64,000 bases of DNA from a bacterium (GTDB taxonomy: Bacteria > RBG-13-61-14 > DATKZS01): the NCBI GenBank assembly GCA_963674965.2, contig CAXXFL010000005.1:320001-384000 (forward strand), written 5' to 3'. Below, piece after piece: positions 28,118-37,767 of this stretch. Each line of letters begins with the position of its first letter. The first letter of the stretch is position 1. The position numbers and the translations under genes were made by a program. The notes under the pieces are model-generated. The model saw only the letters and a list, made by a program, of their open reading frames with translations, was not told the origin of the DNA and searched no databases.

Positions 28118-30148
28118 CCGGGTCGCCCACGCATTTTGCATGGGCGGCGAAGCCGCGGGTTGAGCGCCTCCGCCCTCGAGGTTTTTCCCGGCCCCACCGC
28201 TTCAAATAAAGCAAGGCGCGTGACTTTATCGCCGAGGCGACAAGCCCGTTCGCTGCGCTCACCCACGCAAAATGCGTGGGCGACCCAGAGATGAGGAGGC
28301 TGGAAGTTGTGCAACGACCTTCAAGCCTGGGTCGCCCATGCATCGTGCATGGGCGGCGAAGCCGCGGGTTGAGCGCCTCCGCCCTCGAGGTTTTTTCCGG
28401 CCCCACCGCTTCAAATAAAGCAAGGCGCGTGACTTTATCGCCGAGGCGACAAGCCCGTTCGCTGCGCTCACCCACGCAAAATGCGTGGGCGACCCGGGGA
28501 TGAGGAGGCTGGGAGTTGTGCAACGACCTTCAAGCCTGGGTCGCCCATGCATCGTGCATGGGCGGCGAAGCCGCGGGTTGAGCGCCTCCGCCCTCGAGGT
28601 TTTTTCCGGCCCCACCGCTTCAAATAAAGCAAGGCGCGTGACTTTATCGCCGAGGCGACAAGCCCGTTCGCCGCGCTCACCCACGCAAAATGCGTGGGCG
28701 ACCCGGGGATGAGGAGGCTGGGAGTTGTGCAACGACCTTCAAGCCTGGGCCGCCCATGCATCGTGCATGGGCGGCGAAGCCGCGGGTTGAGCGCCTCCGC
28801 CCTCGAGGTTTTTCCCGGCCCCCGCCGCTTCAAATAAAACAAGGCGCGTGACTTTATCACCGAGGCGACAAGCCCGTTCGCTGCGCTCACCCACGCAAAA
28901 TGCGTGGGCGACCCGGAGATGAGGAGGCTGGAAGTTGTGCAACGACCTTCAAGCCTGGGTCGCCCATGCATCGTGCATGGGCGGCGAAGCCGCGGGTTGA
29001 GCGCCTCCGCCCTCGAGGTTTTTCCCGGCCCCACCGCTTCAAAAAAAACAAGGCGCGTGACTTTATCGCCGAGGCGACAAGCCCGTTCGCTGCGCTCACC
29101 CACGCAAAATGCGTGGGCGACCCGGAGATGAGGAGGCTGGGAGTTGTGCAACGACCTTCAAGCCTGGGTCGCCCATGCATGATGCATGGGCGGCGAAGCC
29201 GCGGGTTGAGCGCCTCCGCCCTCGAGGTTTTTTCCGGCCCCGCCGCTTCAAATAAAGCAAGGCGCGTGACTTTATCACCGAGGCGACAAGCCCGTTCGCC
29301 GCGCTCACCCACGCAAAATGCGTGGGCGACCCGGAGATGAGGAGGCTGGAAGTTGTGCAACGACCTTCAAGCCTGGGTCGCCCATGCATCGTGCATGGGC
29401 GGCGAAGCCGCGGGTTGAGCGCCTCCGCCCTCGAGGTTTTTCCCGGCCCCACCGCTTCAAAAAAAACAAGGCGCGTGACTTTATCGCCGAGGCGACAAGC
29501 CCGTTCGCCGCGCTCACCCACGCAAAATGCGTGGGCGACCCGGAGATGAGGAGGCTGGGAGTTGTGCAACGACCTTCAAGCCTGGGTCGCCCATGCATGA
29601 TGCATGGGCGGCGAAGCCGCGGGTTGAGCGCCTCCGCCCTCGAGGTTTTTTCCGGCCCCGCCGCTTCAAATAAAGCAAGGCGCGTGACTTTATCACCGAG
29701 GCGACAAGCCCGTTCGCCGCGCTCACCCACGCAAAATGCGTGGGCGACCCGGAGATGAGGAGGCTGGAAGTTGTGCAACGACCTTCAAGCCTGGGTCGCC
29801 CATGCATCGTGCATGGGCGGCGAAGCCGCGGGTTGAGCGCCTCCGCCCTCGAGGTTTTTCCCGGCCCCACCGCTTCAAAAAAAACAAGGCGCGTGACTTT
29901 ATCGCCGAGGCGACAAGCCCGTTCGCCGCGCTCACCCACGCAAAATGCGTGGGCGACCCGGAGATGAGGAGGCTGGGAGTTGTGCAACGACCTTCAAGCC
30001 TGGGTCGCCCATGCATGATGCATGGGCGGCGAAGCCGCGGGTTGAGCGCCTCCGCCCTCGAGATTTTTCTCGGCCCCACCGCTTCAAATAAAGCAAGGCG
30101 CGTGACTTTATCGCCGAGGCGACAAGCCCGTTCGCTGCGCTCACCCAC
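28118..30148. repeat. Tandem array of ten ~209-bp palindromic REP/BIME-like units (last truncated)
   Basis: CATGGGCGGCGAAGCC recurs at 28139, 28348, 28557, 28766, 28976, 29185, 29394, 29603, 29812 and 30021. Confidence 0.97.
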
Positions 30149-30401
30149 CATGGTCAATAATTATTGTTACGAGGAACTCTTCCGTCGCTTGATCAATCGC
30201 GCTTCCAGGCACTTTGGCCAGGGCCTTACTTGCGAACTTTTGAAGGCCATTCACCATAACGGATACCGGTGTAATCACGTGACTTAGATGGCCCGGACGG
30301 TCTTGGACGAGGACAAGAAAGGCCGGGGTTTCGAGTCGGCCGGGGTATCGGTAAACCAAATTTTCCAGTAACCGATCGTATCGATATCGCAAGGAGAGAC
30401 G

Positions 30402-30437
30402 AAAACGGGCGTCGCTCCCGGTGGAGGCGACGCCCGT
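30402..30437 (-). terminator. Intrinsic terminator of the FN3 lipoprotein gene
   Basis: Minus strand ACGGGCGTCGC-loop-GCGACGCCCGT followed by TTT. Confidence 0.7.
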
Positions 30438-30463
30438 CGGTTATTGAATCCTATTGCCCGCGG

Positions 30464-32347
30464 CTACCTTCTCGCTTTTTTCTGGGTGTAGGTATGCACG
30501 CTGGCGGTGTTGGAGTAGCCCGAGCGGCTCGATCCGCTTATGGCCCTGACCCTGTAATAATAGGTGGTGGCGGGGGATAGTCCCTGATCGTGGAAGGAGG
30601 TCGATCCCTGGCCGGTGGTTCCTATCCTGACGAAGTTCGAGCCCGAGGTGCTCCTTTCAATCTGGAAGGCCGAGCCCCCGCCCGAGTTGTTGTACCACGA
30701 GAGCTGGGCCGAGTGCGACGAGGTCTGCCTGACGGAAAGGCCGGAGGGAGCGGACAAGGTCACGGCCGGGGCCTGGGTGGTGGCGTAGGCCACGTTCGAG
30801 TAATTGGACTCGCCCATCGAGTTATAGGCCTTCACGCGGTAGTAATAGGTCGTGTTGGTGTTGAGTCCGTTGTCCTGGTAGTTGGACCTGCCCGTCGAGT
30901 TCACCCGTGAGAAGCCGTAGCCGGAGTTGTTGCTGCGCTCGATGATAAATCCGGTCTCGTTTTTCGAGTTGTCCACCCAGTCCAGGTAGATGGAACCCGC
31001 CGAGGTGGCCCGGGCGGTCAGGCCCGCGGGCGCGTTGGGCCTGTCGCTTCCCGTGCTCGCCTTGACCACGCTCGAGTAGCCCGAGTCCCCGGCGGCGTTG
31101 CTGGCCTTGATCCGGTAGTAATAGGTGGTGGACTCGGTAAGGCCCTCGTCCGTATAGGAGGTCACGGCCGGTCCCACCGTGTCGATGAGGGTGAAGCCGC
31201 CCGTTTGCCTCGGGCTCCTCTCGATCTTGATTTGGCACTTGCCCATGCAGTTGTCGGTCCAGGCCAGCCTTATCGAGGTGACGGACTGGGCCGAGGCGGC
31301 CAGGCCCACGGGCGTGCTGGGGATGGCCTGGGCCATCGAGGCCACGGCCGTGTTGGAGGGCGGCGAGACGGACGGTCCCGAGTAGGCCAGCACCCGGTAG
31401 TAATAGGTGATGGAGGGAGCCACGTCCACGTCGTCGTACTTGGCGTCGCCCGCCCCCGAGGTGCCGATCTGGGTGAAGGGCCCCTCCGGGCTGGTGGCCC
31501 GCTCGACCTTGAAGCCGTACTGCCCGCTGGTGGCGTCGGTCCAGGTTAGACGCACCGAGGAGGGCGAGGAGATTTCGGCGGCCAGGCCGTAGGGGGCCGC
31601 GGGCGCCGTTCCCTGGGTGAGGGCCATGGCCGCGTTGGAATAGGGCGAGTCGCCCGCGGCGCCGTATGACCGAATCCGGTAGTAATAGGTTGTTCCCGGG
31701 CCAAGGCCCTGGTCGTCGAAATAGGTGAGGTTGGGTCCGGCCGAGCCGACCTGGACGTAATCCGTGTCCTGCTTGAGGCTCCTCTCGATCTTGAAGCCGC
31801 TCTCGTCGGCCGAGTTGTCCGTCCAGGTCAGGCGCGCCGAGAAATTGGAGGTGGCCTGGGCCGAGAGGTTGGTGGGGGCCGCGGGGGCCAGGCCGCCGGA
31901 GGAGGACATGCTGGTGGCGCCGGCCACGTTCGAGTAGGCGGAGTAGCCGTTCGAGTTGTAGGACCTTACCCGGTAGTAGTAGGTGGTGGAGGGCGAAAGT
32001 CCCGCGTCCTCATAGAAGGCGGCGTTGGGTCCCGCCGTGAAAAGAAGGGCGAAGCCCACTCCCGGCTGGGAGCTCCGCTCGACCTGGAATCCTCCCTCGT
32101 TCCCCGAGGCGTCGGTCCAATCGATCCTGATCGAGGCGCTGGAGGACGCCGCGGCCTTCAGGTTGGCCGGAGGCGACGGGACCGAGGTCGGGCTTTCCGT
32201 CTGCCCTCCCGTTTGGCCGCCCGTCTGGCCGCCGGTCTGTCCCCCTTGTCCGGTCAGGTTCTTGATCACGTCGCAACCGGAAAAGACGGACAACGAGAAC
32301 GCCAGCGTGATGATGACAAGTATCCCTTTCATTGTTTTTCCATTCAT
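30464..32347 (-). CDS. Lipoprotein with six fibronectin type III domains
   Basis: Lipobox VFSGC, (GGQT)x4 linker, six repeats of P.AP..L.A...S...I.L.W.D ... TTYYYRV; start MNGKT at 32347. Confidence 0.9.
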   Translation of the reverse strand: MNGKTMKGILVIITLAFSLSVFSGCDVIKNLTGQGGQTGGQTGGQTGGQTESPTSVPSPPANLKAAASSSASIRIDWTDASGNEGGFQVERSSQPGVGFALLFTAGPNAAFYEDAGLSPSTTYYYRVRSYNSNGYSAYSNVAGATSMSSSGGLAPAAPTNLSAQATSNFSARLTWTDNSADESGFKIERSLKQDTDYVQVGSAGPNLTYFDDQGLGPGTTYYYRIRSYGAAGDSPYSNAAMALTQGTAPAAPYGLAAEISSPSSVRLTWTDATSGQYGFKVERATSPEGPFTQIGTSGAGDAKYDDVDVAPSITYYYRVLAYSGPSVSPPSNTAVASMAQAIPSTPVGLAASAQSVTSIRLAWTDNCMGKCQIKIERSPRQTGGFTLIDTVGPAVTSYTDEGLTESTTYYYRIKASNAAGDSGYSSVVKASTGSDRPNAPAGLTARATSAGSIYLDWVDNSKNETGFIIERSNNSGYGFSRVNSTGRSNYQDNGLNTNTTYYYRVKAYNSMGESNYSNVAYATTQAPAVTLSAPSGLSVRQTSSHSAQLSWYNNSGGGSAFQIERSTSGSNFVRIGTTGQGSTSFHDQGLSPATTYYYRVRAISGSSRSGYSNTASVHTYTQKKARR

Positions 32348-32646
32348 GGTTCCTCTCCAATCGTCAATGGTTGTAACTGCCAAGATACTACAACTTTTCG
32401 GATCGAATTTCACGGTTTTTTTATTTTAACTCGACTCGGCCGATTAAGCCACATGCAAGAAGCCATCTCGATTCCCGCGCCATTAGGATATTTTAATCTT
32501 CTCTCTTGACCTTTCGGTCCAACCGATTTATCCTATCGTGAAAATAAAATTACGTTCACCCCGGCACATAATTGCTCGACCGGAAAGGGAGGCGATCCTG
32601 GACGGCCGTATAGTTCACGTGGAGGTGATATTGTCTGGGATCGAAT

Positions 32647-33009
32647 ATGAACTCGTCGAGAAAAAGGCGGTATAAAAGGATTCAGTACAATCTTCCAGTA
32701 GGGTGCCTCGGCTCTTTCGAGGTGCTCGAGGGACGAACGAGAAACATTTCCGAGGCCGGAGTGTGCCTCGAAATGGACCGATCCCTCATCTCCGACCTGC
32801 CCGTGTCGCTGATCTTCAAAATCCCCACCCGGCCCCGTCCCTTCGTGATCCCGGGCAGGATGCTTTGGATCGACAAGGACGACGACTCGGGAAAGTGCCT
32901 TTGCGGGTTCGAGTACCTGTGGCTTTCAAAGGACGACCGGGAAGCCCTGCTCAGGTTCATCGGCGTCTTCAAGGACGAAAACGAAGAAACGTTCCATATG
33001 GAACATTGA
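32647..33009 (+). CDS. PilZ-domain c-di-GMP receptor
   Basis: RRYKR (RxxxR) and NISEAG (N/DxSxxG). Confidence 0.85.
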   Translation: MNSSRKRRYKRIQYNLPVGCLGSFEVLEGRTRNISEAGVCLEMDRSLISDLPVSLIFKIPTRPRPFVIPGRMLWIDKDDDSGKCLCGFEYLWLSKDDREALLRFIGVFKDENEETFHMEH

Positions 33010-33113
33010 TTCTTCCCAAGGCTCTCGCGCGCCCCGACGACCAAGCCTTGACTCAATAAAGCCGGCCCCCGGCGGGCCAGGTCGAGGATTACGGTCCTTC
33101 AAGCTGAATAAAA

Positions 33114-34031
33114 ATGAAAAACTCCGTTTTGATCATAGACGACGACGACGGCATACGCCAGGAGGTCAAAAGACGCCTGAAGGAAGCCCGTCTTTTTGAA
33201 AATTTCTACGAGTCCTCCGACGGCATCAACGGCTTCAAGCTCCTGCTCAACAAGCACGTGGACCTCATTCTCTGCGACGTGGTCATGCCCGGCATCGACG
33301 GCTTCAAGTTCCTCAGCATGAAAAGGGCCCGGCCCGAGTTCGACGACATTCCCGTTATCATGCTCACCGGGGAGGAGGACGTGAAGCTCAAGATCAAGGC
33401 CCTCGAGCAGGGGGCCTCCGATTACATCACCAAGCCCTTCCACGTGGGCGAGTTGGTGGCCAGGGTCAAGGTCCACTACAAGATCAAGCAGCTCCAGGAG
33501 GAACTTCGCGACTCGAACCGAAGGCTCGAGGAGTTGTCCAATACCGACGACCTCACCAAGATGTACAACCGAAGATACTTCATGGAGTTGTTCGAGCTCG
33601 AGTTCCAAAGGGCACAAAGATACGACGCCAAGCTAAGCTTCGTCATGATCGACATCGACGACTTCAAGGCCTTTAACGACAACTACGGACATTTAATGGG
33701 AGACCGCATCCTCTACGAGGTGGCCCAGATATTGAAAGCCAGCCTCCGCGTCCACGACATCGTGGGCCGGTACGGCGGCGAGGAGTTCGCCCTCCTCATG
33801 CCCGAGACCGACCTCAAGGGCGGCCTGGTCGTGGCCGAGCGCTACAGGAAACGGGTCGAGGAATACATGTACATCGAGGGCAACAAGGAGTTTCGGCTCA
33901 CCATCAGCCTGGGCGTGGCCGCCTTCCCCCACGAGGACATCCAGACCGTGGACGACCTCATTCGTCTCGCCGACAACGCCATGTACAGGGCTAAAAGAAA
34001 CGGAAAAAACCGGGTCGAGGTGGCCGAGTAA
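33114..34031 (+). CDS. REC-GGDEF diguanylate cyclase (WspR/PleD-like)
   Basis: Receiver IDDD/LCDVVMP/KPF; DIDDFK.FND.YGH..GD; I-site RVHD; active site GGEEF. Confidence 0.95.
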   Translation: MKNSVLIIDDDDGIRQEVKRRLKEARLFENFYESSDGINGFKLLLNKHVDLILCDVVMPGIDGFKFLSMKRARPEFDDIPVIMLTGEEDVKLKIKALEQGASDYITKPFHVGELVARVKVHYKIKQLQEELRDSNRRLEELSNTDDLTKMYNRRYFMELFELEFQRAQRYDAKLSFVMIDIDDFKAFNDNYGHLMGDRILYEVAQILKASLRVHDIVGRYGGEEFALLMPETDLKGGLVVAERYRKRVEEYMYIEGNKEFRLTISLGVAAFPHEDIQTVDDLIRLADNAMYRAKRNGKNRVEVAE

Positions 34032-34215
34032 GCGCGAGCCCCCTTCCCCCCGCCCATGCCGCCTCGCGGCGATGAGCAATTATGGCGGGGCAATCTTCAA
34101 AAGACAATATCGCCACACAGGGCGCGGGGACCGACGCGATGGGCGCGCCTACGCCCGACCGCTTCCTTTTTGTGTCAGGAAGCGGGCAAGGCGAATGGGC
34201 GGCGTTCAATCCAGG

Positions 34216-34434
34216 CTAAGCCGTGGCCAGAAGGCCTTGGGCCCGTTCGATCTCGTTGGGAAAAAGATTTCCCGGCACGGTGCCCGGCCCCTTTTTTGTC
34301 CGCACCTGGTAGCGGGCGCAAAGGGTTTTGTCCCCCCTGCAATACTTACTTTTGTAGACTTCCGAAATCGCCGGTCTGGCCGCCATCTTGTCGTTGAAAA
34401 AGGGGCAAGCCTTCAAGTATTCGCAATCTGCCAT
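34216..34434 (-). CDS. Small Cys-rich hypothetical protein (72 aa)
   Basis: MADCEYLKACPFF..YC..CARY..LFPN; GAGGAGG RBS. Confidence 0.7.
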   Translation of the reverse strand: MADCEYLKACPFFNDKMAARPAISEVYKSKYCRGDKTLCARYQVRTKKGPGTVPGNLFPNEIERAQGLLATA

Positions 34435-34696
34435 GGGATTTACCCTCCTCAAAGGTTAGTGTTGCCGCGTATTCAATCAAGAATCAGGCCAAATGTAATG
34501 CCATCTTAAATGGCTGATATTATTATTATTAATCGGCAAAGCTCGGGACCGGCCATATCGTATTATACATATTTGGAACAAGATGGCGCCATTTTCGAGA
34601 AATGCCGCATAAACCGCGAGGAATTTATTTCAAGCCCCATCCATCCAGGCGCCGCCTTTTCATTTATCTTCGATCCGACTATAATTCTTCCTACTT

Positions 34697-36373
34697 ATGG
34701 CAAGCGAAAATTCCCCAAATAAAGCCGCTTCCAAATTGGAGTATGCTCTTTACGTTCCGGCCGCCCTTTTGTGCCTTGCGTTGCTGGGGGGAGGAGTGGT
34801 TTCGCGTTATTCGGCGCATCAGGTTTTCGACGACGCCTATATGTTCCAGCGCTACGCCGACAACCTGATCGAGTACGGCCGTCTTTGCTGGGACCCGGGG
34901 AAAGGACCCGTCTACGGGATGACGTCGGTGTTTCACGCCCTGGTAGTGGCCGCGTTCAGGCTGGTGACGGACGCGGACTCCTGCGCGGGACTTTTATTGT
35001 CGAGCGCCTTTTTGGGCGCGCTGTTTTTTGCGAGTCTTGCGGCTTTATTGGTCAAGCGGCTCGGGTCGCCGGCACGCGTGAACTGGACCGCCGTTATCTT
35101 CGTCTTTTGCGCGGCCGCCATGCAGTACGGCCCTCTTACCCGGCATTTTACGAGCGGCATGGACACCACGGGCGCTCTTGTTTTTCTGACCGTTTATATA
35201 TTCCTCTTGACCGGGATTAACGAGTCGTCCTCTTTGCCCAGGTCCTTCCTGACCGGGGCCTTCGGCGCCTTCGCCCTATGGGTCCGGCCCGAGCTTTGCC
35301 TATACGCCTTCATCACTCCTGTAGCGGCGTTCCTCATCGGGGGCCGAGGTACGCGAGCCAGGTACGCGGCTTTGATTTTAGGCGCCTTCGCGGCCTTGGC
35401 CATGCAAATGGCGGCCGCGAAACTCTACTTCGGATCGCCCTTGCCCCTTTCCTTTTTCTTGAAATCCAGCCGCGATTCGTACGGCCAGGCATTTTTGGCC
35501 ACTTACGCCTATTTGCCCTACCATTTTTTCTTCAAGTTCCTGACCAGTAACGCTCCACTGATATTGCCGATTATCCTGTCCTTGTTTTTATGCGCCCGGT
35601 CCTGTTTTCGCGAAGAGTCCGCCGTCGCCGTCGGTCTATTATTATCTACCTTCGCTTTTCTTTCGTACCAGCTTCTTTTCGTGCTTCAAATCATGGGGTA
35701 TCAAGCGAGGTTTTATTACCCCTGCTTCCCGGCGATAGCCTACCTGGGAGGATTGGGCGTCGTGAGACTGGAGGAGAGGCTGGGCGGCGGCGAGGGAAAA
35801 CTCGCGTCTTTTGTATCCGGAAAATTGAGGCCGATTCTAATTTCAGTGCTCACGCTTGTCATGGCGCTGCAATTAGTCCAGTCATTTCGGGCATATGACG
35901 CCGAGGGAGAACTGGTCCGCGAGTGGGGTCAGATCGATTTTCGCGTCGACTATCGCCGTTACTGGAGCGACTACTGGTTCGCCCTTGAAGAACTGGCCGG
36001 ATTGCCCGACGACGCGGTCATCGCCTCCACCGAGGTGGGCATGCTTGGAGTGATGGCTCCGAAAAAGATCATCGTCGACCTGGCGGGTCTGAATGAAACC
36101 GAGTTCGCCACCAGGGGATTCAGCGCCGATCTCCTTTTCGCCAAGTACAACCCCGATATTATCTACATGCCTCACCGGCATTACGAGGTCCTCAACCGGG
36201 AGCTTCGCGAAAGCGATTATTTCAAGTCCAGCTACGAGCTGTTCACCGCCGAGGAACTTGGGGCCAGGATGGGTATCGCCCTGCGAAAAGACTCTCGCCA
36301 CTTCGCCGCGGCCAGGAGCATAATCCGGATAAAAATGGCTCTGGCCGCTCAGGATCACCCTCCCACGCGGTAG
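34697..36373 (+). CDS. Polytopic membrane protein, GT-C-fold glycosyltransferase-like
   Basis: DDAYMFQRYADNL..G after the first TM, SGMDT, VRPE, many TM helices, DLAGL. Confidence 0.65.
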   Translation: MASENSPNKAASKLEYALYVPAALLCLALLGGGVVSRYSAHQVFDDAYMFQRYADNLIEYGRLCWDPGKGPVYGMTSVFHALVVAAFRLVTDADSCAGLLLSSAFLGALFFASLAALLVKRLGSPARVNWTAVIFVFCAAAMQYGPLTRHFTSGMDTTGALVFLTVYIFLLTGINESSSLPRSFLTGAFGAFALWVRPELCLYAFITPVAAFLIGGRGTRARYAALILGAFAALAMQMAAAKLYFGSPLPLSFFLKSSRDSYGQAFLATYAYLPYHFFFKFLTSNAPLILPIILSLFLCARSCFREESAVAVGLLLSTFAFLSYQLLFVLQIMGYQARFYYPCFPAIAYLGGLGVVRLEERLGGGEGKLASFVSGKLRPILISVLTLVMALQLVQSFRAYDAEGELVREWGQIDFRVDYRRYWSDYWFALEELAGLPDDAVIASTEVGMLGVMAPKKIIVDLAGLNETEFATRGFSADLLFAKYNPDIIYMPHRHYEVLNRELRESDYFKSSYELFTAEELGARMGIALRKDSRHFAAARSIIRIKMALAAQDHPPTR

Positions 36374-37677
36374 AGGTAGCCCTCCTCCGTTCCCACCACG
36401 ATCGAGCCGTCGGGACCGATGGCGGGAGAGGAGTAGATCGAGCCGCCGGTGGGGGGCTGCCAGGAGCAGTCGTATCCACCATCGGGAAGGGTCTCGGGAA
36501 ACCGGTCTCCCGCGATGGCCGCCTCGCCAATATAAAGCTTCCAGGCCAAACGGTTGGCCTCGAGGTCCCAGGCGTATAGGCCGCCGTCGTGACGGGGCAG
36601 GATGGCGATATTTCCGGCTATGGCGGGAGAAGGGTAATGAGGGAACATGCAAAGCCCCATCGCCGCCGCGCTTCTTACTTTGCCGTCGATCAAGCCCATC
36701 TGGACCAGGTTGTTCGAGTAAGGCTCGCCGTATACCAGGAGCCCCTTGTAAACGGCCGGAGAACCGCGGAGGTTTCCGTGCGAGTCCATGGCGTCATTGG
36801 GATCGGACGCGGCCCATATAAGCGCGCCCGTGGTTTTGTCCAGCGCGAAAAGGGCGGGCTCGTCATAATAAGTGTCCCGGGCGAAGGGGATGATCAAATA
36901 CCTGGCCGCCACCGTGGGAGCGGGATAGGACTCGGCGGCAAAACCCGCGCCTTCCTGAAGATCGACCTCTCCATACCCGAGATAGGACAGCCTTCTTTTC
37001 CACCTCAGTCCGCCGTCAAGTCCGATGCGCGCCACCTCGCCCTTGGCCGTGACCGCGAAGATGGACTCGCCGTCCGAGGACGCGCCGCCCCTTATGGCTC
37101 CGTTCATCTTGACGGCCCACCTGGATTTCCCGCTCCGAAGGTCGAGGCCGTAAAGGAATCCCTCCGAGTCTCCCGTTACCACCAGGCCATTTATTATAAG
37201 AGGATTGGTGTACATCTTCTGGCCGCGCCCGATCCGCCTCCATCTTATTTTGCCCGTCGGCGCGTCCAGGGCCCAGACGGCCCCCTCGTCTCCCGTTGCC
37301 ACCACCAGGCCGTCCGCGAAGGCGACCCCATTCACGTCGGCCCTGGCCGGGCGGAACCAGACCGCCGAGCCGGAGTCAAAGTCCAGGCAGTACACCCCGT
37401 CTCCCGCGTCCGGCTCGTTCCATTTTTGCCCGCAGGTCCCGACGTAAATTTTGCCGCCCGCGATTACGGGGTTGTTAAGCCAGCTCTGAACGCCGACTTT
37501 CGTCTTCCACAACGCGCGTGGGTTCGAGACGGGACTCGCCTCGGAGGACCCTCTCCGGGCGGCGTCGCCCTGGAAGGTCGGCCAGTCGCCCGCCGCTTTC
37601 CCGGCGATCGGGAGCGTGGCGACCGAGATGAGGAGAACGGAAATTATCGTCAACCCGAGGGTCTTATTAAGCGCCAT
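36355..37677 (-). CDS. Secreted PQQ-like (BamB-type) beta-propeller protein
   Basis: Signal peptide, DWPTFQGDAARRG, repeated ALD..TG...W, SSPAIG; start MALNK at 37677. Confidence 0.85.
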   Translation of the reverse strand: MALNKTLGLTIISVLLISVATLPIAGKAAGDWPTFQGDAARRGSSEASPVSNPRALWKTKVGVQSWLNNPVIAGGKIYVGTCGQKWNEPDAGDGVYCLDFDSGSAVWFRPARADVNGVAFADGLVVATGDEGAVWALDAPTGKIRWRRIGRGQKMYTNPLIINGLVVTGDSEGFLYGLDLRSGKSRWAVKMNGAIRGGASSDGESIFAVTAKGEVARIGLDGGLRWKRRLSYLGYGEVDLQEGAGFAAESYPAPTVAARYLIIPFARDTYYDEPALFALDKTTGALIWAASDPNDAMDSHGNLRGSPAVYKGLLVYGEPYSNNLVQMGLIDGKVRSAAAMGLCMFPHYPSPAIAGNIAILPRHDGGLYAWDLEANRLAWKLYIGEAAIAGDRFPETLPDGGYDCSWQPPTGGSIYSSPAIGPDGSIVVGTEEGYLYRVGG

Positions 37678-37767
37678 GTCTTTTTCCTCCCGCTGAAGCC
37701 GGCGGTTACGCGGCCACGAGTCGTCAGTGGACCGCAAAGGACAAGTTACGTTTTTCCCGAGAAGATT

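Noticed and set aside
28118-30148. CRISPR array
   Set aside because: The linkers between palindromes are near-identical rather than unique spacers, the period is 209 bp, and no cas genes are present
27919-30287. Repeated 67-227 aa ORFs across the array as proteins
   Set aside because: The 209-bp period is not a multiple of 3, ORFs appear on both strands, and the same text recurs in shifting frames, as expected from translating a non-coding repeat
30141-30392. Small ORFs downstream of the array on either strand
   Set aside because: No convincing RBS or motif; cannot be supported
32561-32576. sigma-54 site upstream of pilZ (GGCACATAATTGC)
   Set aside because: GG-to-GC spacing is 9 nt rather than the required 10
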